From: an uncultured Thermoflexus sp.
Lineage (GTDB): Bacteria > Chloroflexota > UBA11872 > UBA12225
DNA length: 64,000 nucleotides
Direction of reading: 5' to 3'
Assembly: GCA_964343985.1 (NCBI GenBank)
Contig: CAYFLJ010000001.1
Location: forward strand, 9,929-73,928
Below the pieces are notes generated by a model, which was not told where the DNA came from, made no database searches, and saw only the letters and a program-made list of their open reading frames with translations. Below are positions 39,724 through 48,692 of this stretch, piece by piece. The first letter of the stretch is position 1, and each line of letters opens with the position of its first letter. A program made the translations under genes and the position numbers.

Positions 39724-40590
39724 CTAGTTTGCTGAACCGACAAACGGCCCTTCCATGATCGCGGCGTATTCTATGGGCTTGAGCTGTGACGGTACCCAAG
39801 TCACGCCTTCTCGCTTGAGCGCGACTACGAGAGTTCGCAGGTTAACTCGGGATCGTTCGTCTAGTTGGCGGTAGACGGCATCGATGTCCGCGCGAGTTGA
39901 CACGCGTTCGCGGATGTCGCGAAGGTCACGCTCCTCAATGAGCGCGCCGATCCGCAGCGCATCGACATACGACTTCAATCCAGTGGTGACCAACTCGCGA
40001 TACATGGCACCAAAGGTCGGGTCGGTGACGCTAGAACCTTCGGGGCCGGGCGCCGGATCAGCGATGCCGTACCGGCGCAGCAGTTGGAGTACGGCGTCGC
40101 CGTGGGTGACCTCCGAGGCTGCAATGGAAGCGAACGGCCCTTTCCCGAACTTGAGGAAGAACGCGAGAAAGACATCGCGCGCAAGGTTCTCTTCGATACG
40201 CATCCATTGCAGGTCGTTGCGTTCATCGGTGGTGAGTGCCGTGGCGACCGGCATCGTGTCGAGCGTGTCGAGGAGCGTCCTGACGTTAATCGACGCCGCA
40301 GGATCTAGCGTGATTTCAGTCAAGACGGCACGAGAGGCTGCTTGTGATGGCGTCGTTGCTGAGGCCGCGTTGGGAGTTGATGACGCGCTCAAACGCGGCG
40401 CCTGACCGGCGCCCAGACGGGGCACGGTGAGATTACCCACGCTCGCACCCACGGCCGCCCAAGGCTCGGGAGGCATCCCAACCGCCGCGGCGAGCGCTCG
40501 GATCCAGTCCGTCCCGAGATACGCAGTGCTGACGGACCCGACAAGAACGACTGTGGCGGCTCCGGCGACAATCGTCTCTCGACGGTTCAT
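39724..40590 (-). CDS. Membrane-anchored DUF2202 (ferritin-like superfamily) protein, paralog A
   Basis: N-terminal MNRRETIVAGAATVVLVGSVSTAY TM; C-terminal WMRIEENLARDVFLAFFLKFG...ASEVTHGDAVLQLLRRYGI...YVDALRIGALIEERDLRDI matches the DUF2202 signature. Confidence 0.75.
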   Translation of the reverse strand: MNRRETIVAGAATVVLVGSVSTAYLGTDWIRALAAAVGMPPEPWAAVGASVGNLTVPRLGAGQAPRLSASSTPNAASATTPSQAASRAVLTEITLDPAASINVRTLLDTLDTMPVATALTTDERNDLQWMRIEENLARDVFLAFFLKFGKGPFASIAASEVTHGDAVLQLLRRYGIADPAPGPEGSSVTDPTFGAMYRELVTTGLKSYVDALRIGALIEERDLRDIRERVSTRADIDAVYRQLDERSRVNLRTLVVALKREGVTWVPSQLKPIEYAAIMEGPFVGSAN

Positions 40591-40787
40591 TCTGGTAGCC
40601 CCTATGCAGGAATGATACGTGTCGAACCTACGTCAGATGTGTATGCTGCGAGAGTCGCCGCCCTGAGGTCGGCGCCGCACTGCCGAGCGCTGTCGTTTCT
40701 GGTTCGCGTCGGCGTGAGTGCGAACCGAGGTCCTTTTGATGTCAGCTACGTCTCCGTGAGGGAACACGACGACGGCGCCTTCATCGG

Positions 40788-41633
40788 TTATCGCGTACGG
40801 CCAACCTCAAGACTGCTCCCGATGATCGAGTCAAAGTCACTGCGCGTGATGTGCATAGGCGCATACTGCACACCTTGGCGTTCGAGCTGCCGGATGAACG
40901 CCCGCAGGTGGTTACGGGAACCCCGTTCGAGTTCGGCGTACACCGCGGCGATGTCCGGGAGTGTCGACGACCGTGCCTTCAGGTCTTTGATGTCGAGTTC
41001 TTCGATGCGAGCGCCGATCTTGAGGCCGTCGATGTACGAGGCGGAGCCGGTCGTAACGAACTCCTGATAGAGCCTGCTCAACGTAGGGGCGCTGTAGACA
41101 CCTTCGACCGCACCTGGTGCCAACTCGTTGACTCCGTACCGTTCGATGAGCATTTGTACGGCGTCGATGTGGGTGGCTTCCGCCCCGGCAACGTTGGCAA
41201 ACGGCCCGTTTCCCCATCGGCGGGCAAGGACGCGGTTGACGTCGCGTGCCAACTGCTCTTCTTCGCGCATCCAGATCACGTTGTCACGCTCCGTACTGGA
41301 GAGCGTGGTCGAACGAGAGATATCGCGTAGCGATGTCGCGACATCGTTCGCGTCAATGGCAGTCGAGGCATCCAATTCGTCATCCGAGCTGGAGGTGCGA
41401 TTGAGGAACGTCGAAGCCTTTGGTGGCTGGTCAACGCTTGAGTTTGGCGCGACCGCAAGTTCTGGAATCGGTGCAAAGCCCGGACCGACGACTGGGGCAG
41501 GTTTGGGCATGACGTCGGCGCCAGTGCGGGCGCCGTTCGTCGCACGAATCACGTTGGCACCGTACGCGGCCCCCATGATGCCGACGACTGCGACGGCGGT
41601 GACGCCAACGGTGAGCGTTTCACGGCGGTTCAT
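40788..41633 (-). CDS. Membrane-anchored DUF2202 (ferritin-like superfamily) protein, paralog B
   Basis: MNRRETLTVGVTAVAVVGIMGAAY TM; WMREEEQLARDVNRVLARRWG...AEATHIDAVQMLIERYGV...RGSRNHLRAFIRQLERQGVQY, a strong match to the DUF2202 family. Confidence 0.8.
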   Translation of the reverse strand: MNRRETLTVGVTAVAVVGIMGAAYGANVIRATNGARTGADVMPKPAPVVGPGFAPIPELAVAPNSSVDQPPKASTFLNRTSSSDDELDASTAIDANDVATSLRDISRSTTLSSTERDNVIWMREEEQLARDVNRVLARRWGNGPFANVAGAEATHIDAVQMLIERYGVNELAPGAVEGVYSAPTLSRLYQEFVTTGSASYIDGLKIGARIEELDIKDLKARSSTLPDIAAVYAELERGSRNHLRAFIRQLERQGVQYAPMHITRSDFDSIIGSSLEVGRTR

Positions 41634-41924
41634 CGTCGAACCTCCTTGGATTTGAGCCTACCGCGCCGCAAAGAGCGTCGACTTCAGGCAATTCCCCGAT
41701 ACGGGTGCGTTGCCTTGTTCCGGCCACGGCGATGGCGTTCGTGGAACACCGTGTGCGCGAATGATCGAGTGAACATGGCGCGCACAGGCCGACGGCGTTG
41801 GGAGGCACTGGATCCCTTGCGGCGGAAGGATTGGTCGTGTTGCTGCACGCGCCGAACGACGTTTCAATTCGAGAAGTTCATCATGTGTAGCCTCATGCTG
41901 TGGGGCACACAGTACTGCGCTGAA

Positions 41925-42707
41925 CTATCTTGTACGAGGGGGGCCTACCGAAATTGATGCGAGGCCGGGGGTGCCAAGGTGCCAAGATTCGAGCGTCTTC
42001 GGATCAAGTGTGGCGTCGCCGAAAGTTGTTATGACCCCAATGCCCTTCGCGACGGCGACCGCTGCCACGGCGGCGGCCGCATCTGACCCTCGGATGTGTC
42101 GACGCAGGTGCATCCCCAGTGCCTCGTCGCTTACCAAGGTAGATACGGCCAGCCAAGCGCCGGTCGCGGCGAACGCAATCCGTGACGCGTCGATGACGCC
42201 CGCGTCTGTTGCGACGCGGCCGTACAGGTGAACGGCACCGTGCCAGACGTCGTGTTCGATTGGTTCCCCGGCGGTCAGTCGCGACTGCGAAAGACCATCG
42301 CGTAGCGCGGTACGGGTGACGTTGTCGAAATCTGTCCACCCGTCTTTCGACGGAAACGGGAACGGGTCGACTCGAGTGGGGTCCTTCGTAAGGCGGCCCA
42401 TCTCGCGGCGATACACTGGCCCGTCAAGGATTTCAAGGCGGAGCGCCGACGTGATGTGGCGCGACGCAGGCCCGAACGGCGGTGCGATTTGGCCGCACAC
42501 TTCGACCGCGGGGACCACGACGTAGCGGTCTCGGAATCCGGCAATGGTGATGACGAGGCGCACGCCGCTTGAAGCGTTGAGCACGGCGTCAATCGTTCCG
42601 ATTGGCGTGTAGTCTCGGTCGACCACAATGTCGCCGACACGGCAAGGTGCACCCCCTTGCGCGAAGCGGTCAGCCATATCCCGAATGACGTGAGGGCTCG
42701 GTGTCAT
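41925..42707 (-). CDS. Hypothetical protein (possible PRC-barrel-like N-terminal region)
   Basis: 260-aa ORF; N-terminal GDIVVDRDYTPIGTIDAVL resembles PRC-barrel beta-strands; rest unassigned. Confidence 0.4.
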   Translation of the reverse strand: MTPSPHVIRDMADRFAQGGAPCRVGDIVVDRDYTPIGTIDAVLNASSGVRLVITIAGFRDRYVVVPAVEVCGQIAPPFGPASRHITSALRLEILDGPVYRREMGRLTKDPTRVDPFPFPSKDGWTDFDNVTRTALRDGLSQSRLTAGEPIEHDVWHGAVHLYGRVATDAGVIDASRIAFAATGAWLAVSTLVSDEALGMHLRRHIRGSDAAAAVAAVAVAKGIGVITTFGDATLDPKTLESWHLGTPGLASISVGPPRTR

Positions 42708-42811
42708 CTGAGACGATGCGCTCAGCGGTTGGAGACAACCCGGCTACACTTTGGGAAGGGTCGGGCGCGCTGTGATTGGCATCCGTCGGATCCTCATTCA
42801 GGAGTAGACCA

Positions 42812-43090
42812 GTGGCCGAGACGACAACCCCAACCATTGTGGCGTACCTTAAGCCGGTGTGTGGCTGGAGCAACAGCGTGCGCGCCGTCTTGCAGAAGTA
42901 TGACTTGCCCTACGAGGATCGCGACATCATCAACGATCGCTCCAACTACAGCGAGATGGTCCGCAAGAGTGGGCAACCCCTATCCCCATGTGTTGAGATC
43001 AACGGAGAGATGCTCGCCGATGTCGCTGGCACGGAGGTTGAAGAGTATCTCGTTGCCAAGGGCTTTATCCCCGCTGAGGCGACGCAGTAG
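42812..43090 (+). CDS. Glutaredoxin-like (thioredoxin-fold) protein with a CGWS active-site motif
   Basis: IVAYLKPVCGWSNSVRAVLQKYDLPYEDRDI, a Grx-like beta-alpha-beta fold; RBS AGGAG 7 nt before GTG 42812. Confidence 0.65.
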   Translation: MAETTTPTIVAYLKPVCGWSNSVRAVLQKYDLPYEDRDIINDRSNYSEMVRKSGQPLSPCVEINGEMLADVAGTEVEEYLVAKGFIPAEATQ

Positions 43091-43109
43091 GTAGTTCGCA
43101 CATCCGAAC

Positions 43110-43145
43110 GGCGGGGACTGGCGCCAAGCGCCGTAAGTCCCCGCC
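43110..43145. terminator. GC-rich perfect hairpin (10-bp stem GGCGGGGACT/AGTCCCCGCC) between convergent genes; likely bidirectional intrinsic terminator
   Basis: Inverted repeat read directly at 43110-43119 and 43136-43145; sits between the grx-like (+) and rhaM (-) stops. Confidence 0.55.
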
Positions 43146-43151
43146 CCGTTG

Positions 43152-43523
43152 TCAGTGTGCGCGTGGGGCCAACTCCGGAAGGTGCTGGGGCCAGTGAAGG
43201 TCAAAGACCAATTCCATGTCGGCCCACCACTCCGTTTCACCAGCTTCCGGCGACGGTTGTTGCAGGGTACGCATGAGTCGGTCCCACTCCAGAACGCGAG
43301 GATGGGGCGCGTGTCCTTTTGGGCGTCCACCGGGCACGTAATCGTCGTTGGCGGTCATGAACATGAACATGCGCCGTCCCCGCAAGAAAATCTTCATGTC
43401 GGTCACGCCATCGAGACGAAGGCCTTCAAGAACCTCTGGCCACACGTCGGCGTGATACCGAATGTACGCATCGACCTTCTCTTGGTCGTCGCGCAGATCG
43501 ATCATGCGCCCGTAGGTCTTCAT
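43152..43523 (-). CDS. rhaM: L-rhamnose mutarotase
   Basis: MKTYGRMIDLRDDQEKVDAYIRYHADVWPEVLEGLRLDGVTDMKIFLRGRRMFMFM, the RhaM/DUF718 dimeric alpha+beta barrel signature. Confidence 0.8.
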   Translation of the reverse strand: MKTYGRMIDLRDDQEKVDAYIRYHADVWPEVLEGLRLDGVTDMKIFLRGRRMFMFMTANDDYVPGGRPKGHAPHPRVLEWDRLMRTLQQPSPEAGETEWWADMELVFDLHWPQHLPELAPRAH

Positions 43524-43575
43524 TGCACCGCCTCCTCAAGGCCCGCGCTCACGCGTGTGGCTTGTTCGCACCATC

Positions 43576-43899
43576 CTACTGTGGGCGACGCTTGACGAAC
43601 GCTACCGGTCCTCGATGGAGTGCTGGGTCGTCGGCTGAGTGATCGGGTTCGGCGGCGTAGATCGTGGTGCCATCGACCACTACGGTTGCCGTGGGCGACA
43701 GCGCGCGTGCGCGGTCAACGGCCTCGTCGATTGCGATAGTGTCGCGCCCCCACGTGACTGACGTGTGCCCATGCGTACGCAAGGTGTCGAGGAACGGCAG
43801 GAGTTGCCATGGTTGAATGACGACCACATCGGTCGCCGCCTTTGGCGTCTCGTCGGGCATTCGAGGAACCTCGTTGGGTCGACGAACACAGGCCGTCAA
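43576..43899 (-). CDS. Hypothetical protein (short; may be a remnant)
   Basis: 107-aa ORF with no clear motif. Confidence 0.3.
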   Translation of the reverse strand: MTACVRRPNEVPRMPDETPKAATDVVVIQPWQLLPFLDTLRTHGHTSVTWGRDTIAIDEAVDRARALSPTATVVVDGTTIYAAEPDHSADDPALHRGPVAFVKRRPQ

Positions 43900-44058
43900 C
43901 CCGCCAAATGATGACTGGTGGCGTGCGCTTGTTGCGTGCAGCTCAAGTGCGTTGACCGATTCCGGTCAATTTCCTACCGCGAACGAGCGCGGCACGGTAG
44001 CATCGGGCGTGGCGGCGTGTTCACCGCCAGATAGAAGTTTGAGACTAGGCGGGGACTA

Positions 44059-44895
44059 ATGCCAAACCATGTGATCGTGTCGACCTTGGGGTGGGGAGGC
44101 AAGACGCTCGACGCTGCCATGGCAGGGATCGCGGCGCTCGATATGTCGCAAGTCGAGCTTGCGGTCTTTCAAGCCTACGGTGACATCCGACCAAAGGCGT
44201 TGGCAGACGGCGGCGCCACCGAGATCGCATCGACGGCGTCGTGCGTGCGGGAACTCATGGCTGAACATGGCATCAAGCAAGTGTCGACCATGTACACCGG
44301 GGCCGGTGACGTTGGGCTTCCGTTGACCGAAGAGTTGCGTCGAATGACGGCGGTCGCGGACTTGGCGGTGTCGCTAGGCGTTCCGTTGGTGACAGTCCTC
44401 GGTTCAGCGACCGGTACAAAGTTTTCGGTTGCGGTTGACCGCTTGAGAGCCATCCGTGAGATACACGCGGCGCGCGGGTTGAGCACGTGTATGAAGACCC
44501 ACCGTGGCCTGATTGGTGAAATGCCCGGCGATTCGGTGCGCTTGTGCGAAGCGGTGCCTGATCTGGGTCTGACGCTCGAGGCGAGTCACTTTATGGTCGG
44601 AGCAAACCAAGGCGAACCGTTTTGGCAGGTGATCCCGCATGTACGGCATGTGACTTTGCGCGACGCCCGAATCATCCCGGTCGCGCTGCAAATGGCACCA
44701 GGCTACGGCGATGTGGACTTCGGCCAAATCATCTCGCGCCTGCACGAACGGGGCTACGAGGGCAAGTTTGCCGTTGAGTACGTTGACCTACGCCCCGTTG
44801 ATGGCCCGGAAGGTGTCGCGAAAGACATCCCAAGTTGCATCGCGGCGATGCGCAACTTGTTTGTCTCGCTCGAGAAAGAGCTTGGCGTTCGTTAG
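44059..44895 (+). CDS. Sugar phosphate isomerase/epimerase (xylose-isomerase-like TIM barrel), second copy
   Basis: TIM-barrel pattern with conserved Glu/His/Asp positions (VEL...HRG...LEASHF...AVEYVD). Confidence 0.65.
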   Translation: MPNHVIVSTLGWGGKTLDAAMAGIAALDMSQVELAVFQAYGDIRPKALADGGATEIASTASCVRELMAEHGIKQVSTMYTGAGDVGLPLTEELRRMTAVADLAVSLGVPLVTVLGSATGTKFSVAVDRLRAIREIHAARGLSTCMKTHRGLIGEMPGDSVRLCEAVPDLGLTLEASHFMVGANQGEPFWQVIPHVRHVTLRDARIIPVALQMAPGYGDVDFGQIISRLHERGYEGKFAVEYVDLRPVDGPEGVAKDIPSCIAAMRNLFVSLEKELGVR

Positions 44896-44922
44896 AGTTC
44901 GCGTCGCCACAGGGTTGTTGCG

Positions 44923-45885
44923 TCAGCGAACTCGAGACGGATCCAAAGACTCTTCGCGGACAATCGCAAGATAATCGAGAGCCGTCTCTGGGTGAAGCCC
45001 TGAGTCACGAATGACGTCCGCGACCGACGCCTCAGTTTGCGCGAGGCCCCTAATTGCCGTGAAGTAGGCGACCGTCGAAGCGGCGTCTGCTTCGTCGTAG
45101 CCGACGGCCGCAGCATTGCGGCGCCAATCTTGGCGGTCGACATACCAACCGACGATTCGGCGTCGTCGCCACGCGACTCGTCGGCTCAGGAGTTCCAAGT
45201 CTGGGAGTGCACTCGGCCGAACGATTCCGGCTTGGATCTGATCGACGACATCGTTGACCGACGAAACCGCGTTGGGGAAGACCGTGTGATAGGCGTGCAG
45301 GCTTATTGACCGATGAGCGTCAGACGCTGCCACGGCGACCTTTCCGCGACTCGCGATGTAGGCCAACGAGGCGACGTCGAGGTCGGCCCGACGATCAGGT
45401 GCCTTGACCAATAGGTCGTTGCCATTCCACCGCTCGACCGCGTGGATTGACGGGGGCAGGTCGGGGAGTGCATCGACAATCGGTCCAGGTGGCGCGAGTT
45501 TCACTACATCGCGAAATGGATGAGCCTTGATTGCAACCCACCGGTCTGGCAGGTGGCGCGGCGTCGATTGACCACGGCGCCAACCCCAGTCGCTTTCAAC
45601 CCCTTCGCCGAACACCAACACGTGCCCGGCGTCACTGGTTGAGAGTTCCATGCCCACGAGCACAAGCAGGTCGTCCCCGGTGCTTGCCGCATAGTCGCGG
45701 ACCGCAACCGCCCCAGCGGTTGTGTCGTGGTCCGTGACGGCGATCACCTTGCGGCCATGCGCCCGCGCGATGGCGACCACCTCCTCGGCGCTCATGTATC
45801 CACAGGCCGACGCGAGCGTGTGAACGTGCAGATCAATTTCAACCGCCCCGAATGGTAGGTCGGGTGCCTCTGCAGGGAGCGTCAC
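44923..45885 (-). CDS. PHP-domain metal-dependent phosphoesterase
   Basis: N-terminal IDLHVHTLASACGYMSAEEVVAIARAHGRKVIAVTDHD, the PHP His motif cluster. Confidence 0.8.
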   Translation of the reverse strand: MTLPAEAPDLPFGAVEIDLHVHTLASACGYMSAEEVVAIARAHGRKVIAVTDHDTTAGAVAVRDYAASTGDDLLVLVGMELSTSDAGHVLVFGEGVESDWGWRRGQSTPRHLPDRWVAIKAHPFRDVVKLAPPGPIVDALPDLPPSIHAVERWNGNDLLVKAPDRRADLDVASLAYIASRGKVAVAASDAHRSISLHAYHTVFPNAVSSVNDVVDQIQAGIVRPSALPDLELLSRRVAWRRRRIVGWYVDRQDWRRNAAAVGYDEADAASTVAYFTAIRGLAQTEASVADVIRDSGLHPETALDYLAIVREESLDPSRVR

Positions 45886-46373
45886 TCACCCTCCCCGAAC
45901 GGATCTACGCGAATTTGATCCGGGATTGGCAACCTGTCCGGCCCACTACCCGGTGCACGTCGCGAGCGGAGGATGGCGAAGCTGAGTCCTGCAGTAACGG
46001 CTGCGAGGAGGTATGCGCCCACGCCGACGAGTACGCCAATTGACGCAACGTTCCAGAGGCTTGCGGCGGTCGTCAAGCCGTGCACGAAACGCTCTTCTGG
46101 TGACTTCCAGATGACGCCGGCGCCAAGGAAGCCGATGCCGGTCACGACCTGGGCGGCGACGCGTGCGCGGTCGAAATTGGTGCCGCCGAGCGCAATGCCG
46201 GCGAGGGTGAATCCGCACGCGCCAAGCGCGACGAGTAGGTGCGTTCGAAGGCCGGCCGGGTGCCGATGCGACTCGCGGTCCCAACCGATGATGTACGCAA
46301 GTCCGCACGCAGCGGCAAGGCGGAAGGCAAGCTCGATTTCTAAGCGGAGTGACTCGGGAATGAAGTCGTACAT
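45882..46373 (-). CDS. mgtC: MgtC/SapB family membrane protein
   Basis: LAAACGLAYIIGWDRESHRHPAGLRTHLLVALGACGFT...TGIGFLGAGVI, the MgtC signature; 3' end overlaps the PHP gene start by 4 nt. Confidence 0.85.
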   Translation of the reverse strand: MYDFIPESLRLEIELAFRLAAACGLAYIIGWDRESHRHPAGLRTHLLVALGACGFTLAGIALGGTNFDRARVAAQVVTGIGFLGAGVIWKSPEERFVHGLTTAASLWNVASIGVLVGVGAYLLAAVTAGLSFAILRSRRAPGSGPDRLPIPDQIRVDPFGEGE

Positions 46374-46498
46374 TCGCGATGCAATGCCCGAGCGACACGC
46401 AAATCGCACGGGGCAACGTTGCTAGAGTTCTGCAGCGATCCTAGCGTGGTCGGGCGTCACTCCACACCATACTCAACGCCGATGGCACTTCAACCGCA

Positions 46499-46963
46499 AT
46501 GGACAGCGTTCTCGTAAGCGGCTTGATCGCTTTCGGTCTCGTCATCGCGTTGGCTGCCTTCGTCAAAGGGAAGCCTTCGCGACGCCGTGGGCGTGTGCTG
46601 TCGGCAACAGAGCGGCGCGCCGCACTCGAACCACGGCGTGTTGGTGGCGGTGTAGACACGTCGCTGACGCTCGACGACATTCGACGGCTCGTGGCGTTTC
46701 GTCGGCGCATCCCAGACCTCCAGGGCGAGCCAATTGGGCCGATGACCTTTGCGCAGCGGTGGTCAGCGGCGCGGCGTCGGGGAATATTCGCTTGGGGGGC
46801 TGCGGCGGGCGCGGGTGCCTTCAGTATGGCTACGCATTTCATCGTGCTCTGGCTTGCACTGGGCGGCGGGTGGGTCGGCGCGGCGGTGATGACGATGGTG
46901 TCCACGATCGTGATGACAGGTATTTGCGTGGCTCTCGTGTTTCGGCTGGGGACCCGTGGATAG
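46499..46963 (+). CDS. Hypothetical membrane protein
   Basis: Hydrophobic N-terminal and C-terminal segments; overlaps the NUDIX start. Confidence 0.45.
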   Translation: MDSVLVSGLIAFGLVIALAAFVKGKPSRRRGRVLSATERRAALEPRRVGGGVDTSLTLDDIRRLVAFRRRIPDLQGEPIGPMTFAQRWSAARRRGIFAWGAAAGAGAFSMATHFIVLWLALGGGWVGAAVMTMVSTIVMTGICVALVFRLGTRG

Positions 46964-47489
46964 TCACGCCGGAGGTACAGGCGTGCGCCGCGAGTACGCC
47001 GTCGCGGTCTTCGTCGTTCGCGACGGAGCGGTCATGTTGCACTACCACCAGAAACTTGGTCGATGGTTGCCTCCGGGTGGGCACGTTGAGCCCAACGAGT
47101 TGCCCCACAGTGCGGCGGTGCGCGAGACATTGGAGGAGGTTGGTTTGACGGTTGAGGTCGTCGATGCCTCGACCGATCTGTACTCCGATGTAGAACGGCC
47201 TCGCGGTGTACCCACGCGTCTTCCCAGCCCGATCGGTACCCAGTTGGAAGATATCCCCGGGCGCCCGGGCAACTCCGCGCACCAGCATATTGACTTCGTG
47301 TTTGCAGCGCGCCTCATAAATGGGTCGGCAAGTCACCCAATAGACGTTGAAGGGGGTGCACGTCCGGCTTGGTTCACACCCTCCGAGTGGGATGCGCTTG
47401 CAGTGTCCTCAGAAGTTCGGTCGTGGGCGGAAGCGGCGATTCGCATCGTGGGACAACGGCGGTCTGAGGCAATCCGACCGACCCTTTGA
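46956..47489 (+). CDS. NUDIX hydrolase
   Basis: Nudix box GGHVEPNELPHSAAVRETLEEVGL. Confidence 0.85.
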   Translation: MDSHAGGTGVRREYAVAVFVVRDGAVMLHYHQKLGRWLPPGGHVEPNELPHSAAVRETLEEVGLTVEVVDASTDLYSDVERPRGVPTRLPSPIGTQLEDIPGRPGNSAHQHIDFVFAARLINGSASHPIDVEGGARPAWFTPSEWDALAVSSEVRSWAEAAIRIVGQRRSEAIRPTL

Positions 47490-47520
47490 CGACCCGCGAG
47501 TGCGTGCCTATAGTAGGGAC

Positions 47521-48585
47521 ATGGCCACCATTGTCTCGCCCATCAATCACTCCGTTTTGCCGACGCACGGCTCGGCACCCATGGCGCCTGACCGACATGA
47601 CCTGACGGACAGTGAACTCATTGACATGTACCGGACGATGCTCCGGATTCGTCGATTTGAAGAGCGCGTCAAGGAGTTGTTCTTGGAAGCGCGGCTCTAC
47701 GGCAGCGTGCATCTGTATATCGGCGAAGAGGCTGTGGCCACAGGTGCCTGCAAGGCATTGAGTGACGGCGATGTCATCAGTTCGACGCATCGTGGTCACG
47801 GCCACTGCATCGCCATGGGCCTGGAATCTGGTCCGATGATGGCGGAACTGATGGGCAAAGTGACGGGCTACAACCACGGCAAAGGTGGTTCCATGCACAT
47901 CGCTAGCATGGATCACGGCATGTTGGGCGCGAACGGAATTGTTGGCGCCGGCATTCCGATTAGCACCGGCGCCGCTCTTGGATTCTGGATCCAGGAGAAG
48001 GCGAACGTTGCCGTCTGCTTCTTTGGCGATGGCGCATCGAATCAAGGTGCCTTTCACGAAGGAATCAACTTCGCGGCGGGCTTGAAGTTGCCGGTCATTT
48101 TTATCTGTGAGAACAACGGGTACGCCCAATTTCAGTCTGTGAAGCAGGATTTGCCTATTGAGCATGTTGCGACGCGTGCGATCAGCTACGGCATACCTGG
48201 CGTGATCGTTCAAGGTGAAGACATTCTCGACGTGTATGGTGCGGTCAAAGAGGCGGTGCGACGTGCGCGCGCCGGCGAAGGCCCAACGTTGATTGAGGCG
48301 AAGACCTACCGGTTTGAAGGGCACTTTCTGGGTGACCCCGAACCCTACCGGACACGTGAGGAAGTCGCCTCGGCACGCGCGACCCGCGATCCGCTGAAGA
48401 TATTCGGTGCGCAATTGCAGGAGATGGGCGTTGCCACGGCTGACGACTTAAAGCGAATCCATTCGCAGATTGATGAAGAGATGGATCGCGCCGTTGCGTT
48501 CGGCGAGGCAAGCCCTGAACCTTCTGGAAGCGTCTTGCTCACCGACATCTTCACCGGTGCGGACGAACACGGGCGCGTGGTGTAG
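47521..48585 (+). CDS. 2-oxo-acid dehydrogenase E1 component alpha subunit (TPP-dependent; pyruvate/acetoin/branched-chain type)
   Basis: TPP-binding motif region GDGASNQGAFHEGINFAA; YR-F-EGH loop; likely start ATG 47521. Confidence 0.88.
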   Translation: MATIVSPINHSVLPTHGSAPMAPDRHDLTDSELIDMYRTMLRIRRFEERVKELFLEARLYGSVHLYIGEEAVATGACKALSDGDVISSTHRGHGHCIAMGLESGPMMAELMGKVTGYNHGKGGSMHIASMDHGMLGANGIVGAGIPISTGAALGFWIQEKANVAVCFFGDGASNQGAFHEGINFAAGLKLPVIFICENNGYAQFQSVKQDLPIEHVATRAISYGIPGVIVQGEDILDVYGAVKEAVRRARAGEGPTLIEAKTYRFEGHFLGDPEPYRTREEVASARATRDPLKIFGAQLQEMGVATADDLKRIHSQIDEEMDRAVAFGEASPEPSGSVLLTDIFTGADEHGRVV

Positions 48586-48692
48586 TCCAACCGCATCGTT
48601 CTTCGTCGCGCCCCCGTGATGCGGGGGCGCATCGCCGCTATCCGAACTGATCACAACACGACGCCGGGAGTCCGGCCCAGAGGAGTACCGAC

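Noticed and set aside
43576-43899. Possible metallophosphoesterase remnant (GH-type motif THGHTS) in the 107-aa hypothetical
   Set aside because: Too short and no N-terminal metal-binding motifs found in any frame upstream. Kept only as a low-confidence hypothetical CDS, not called a pseudogene.
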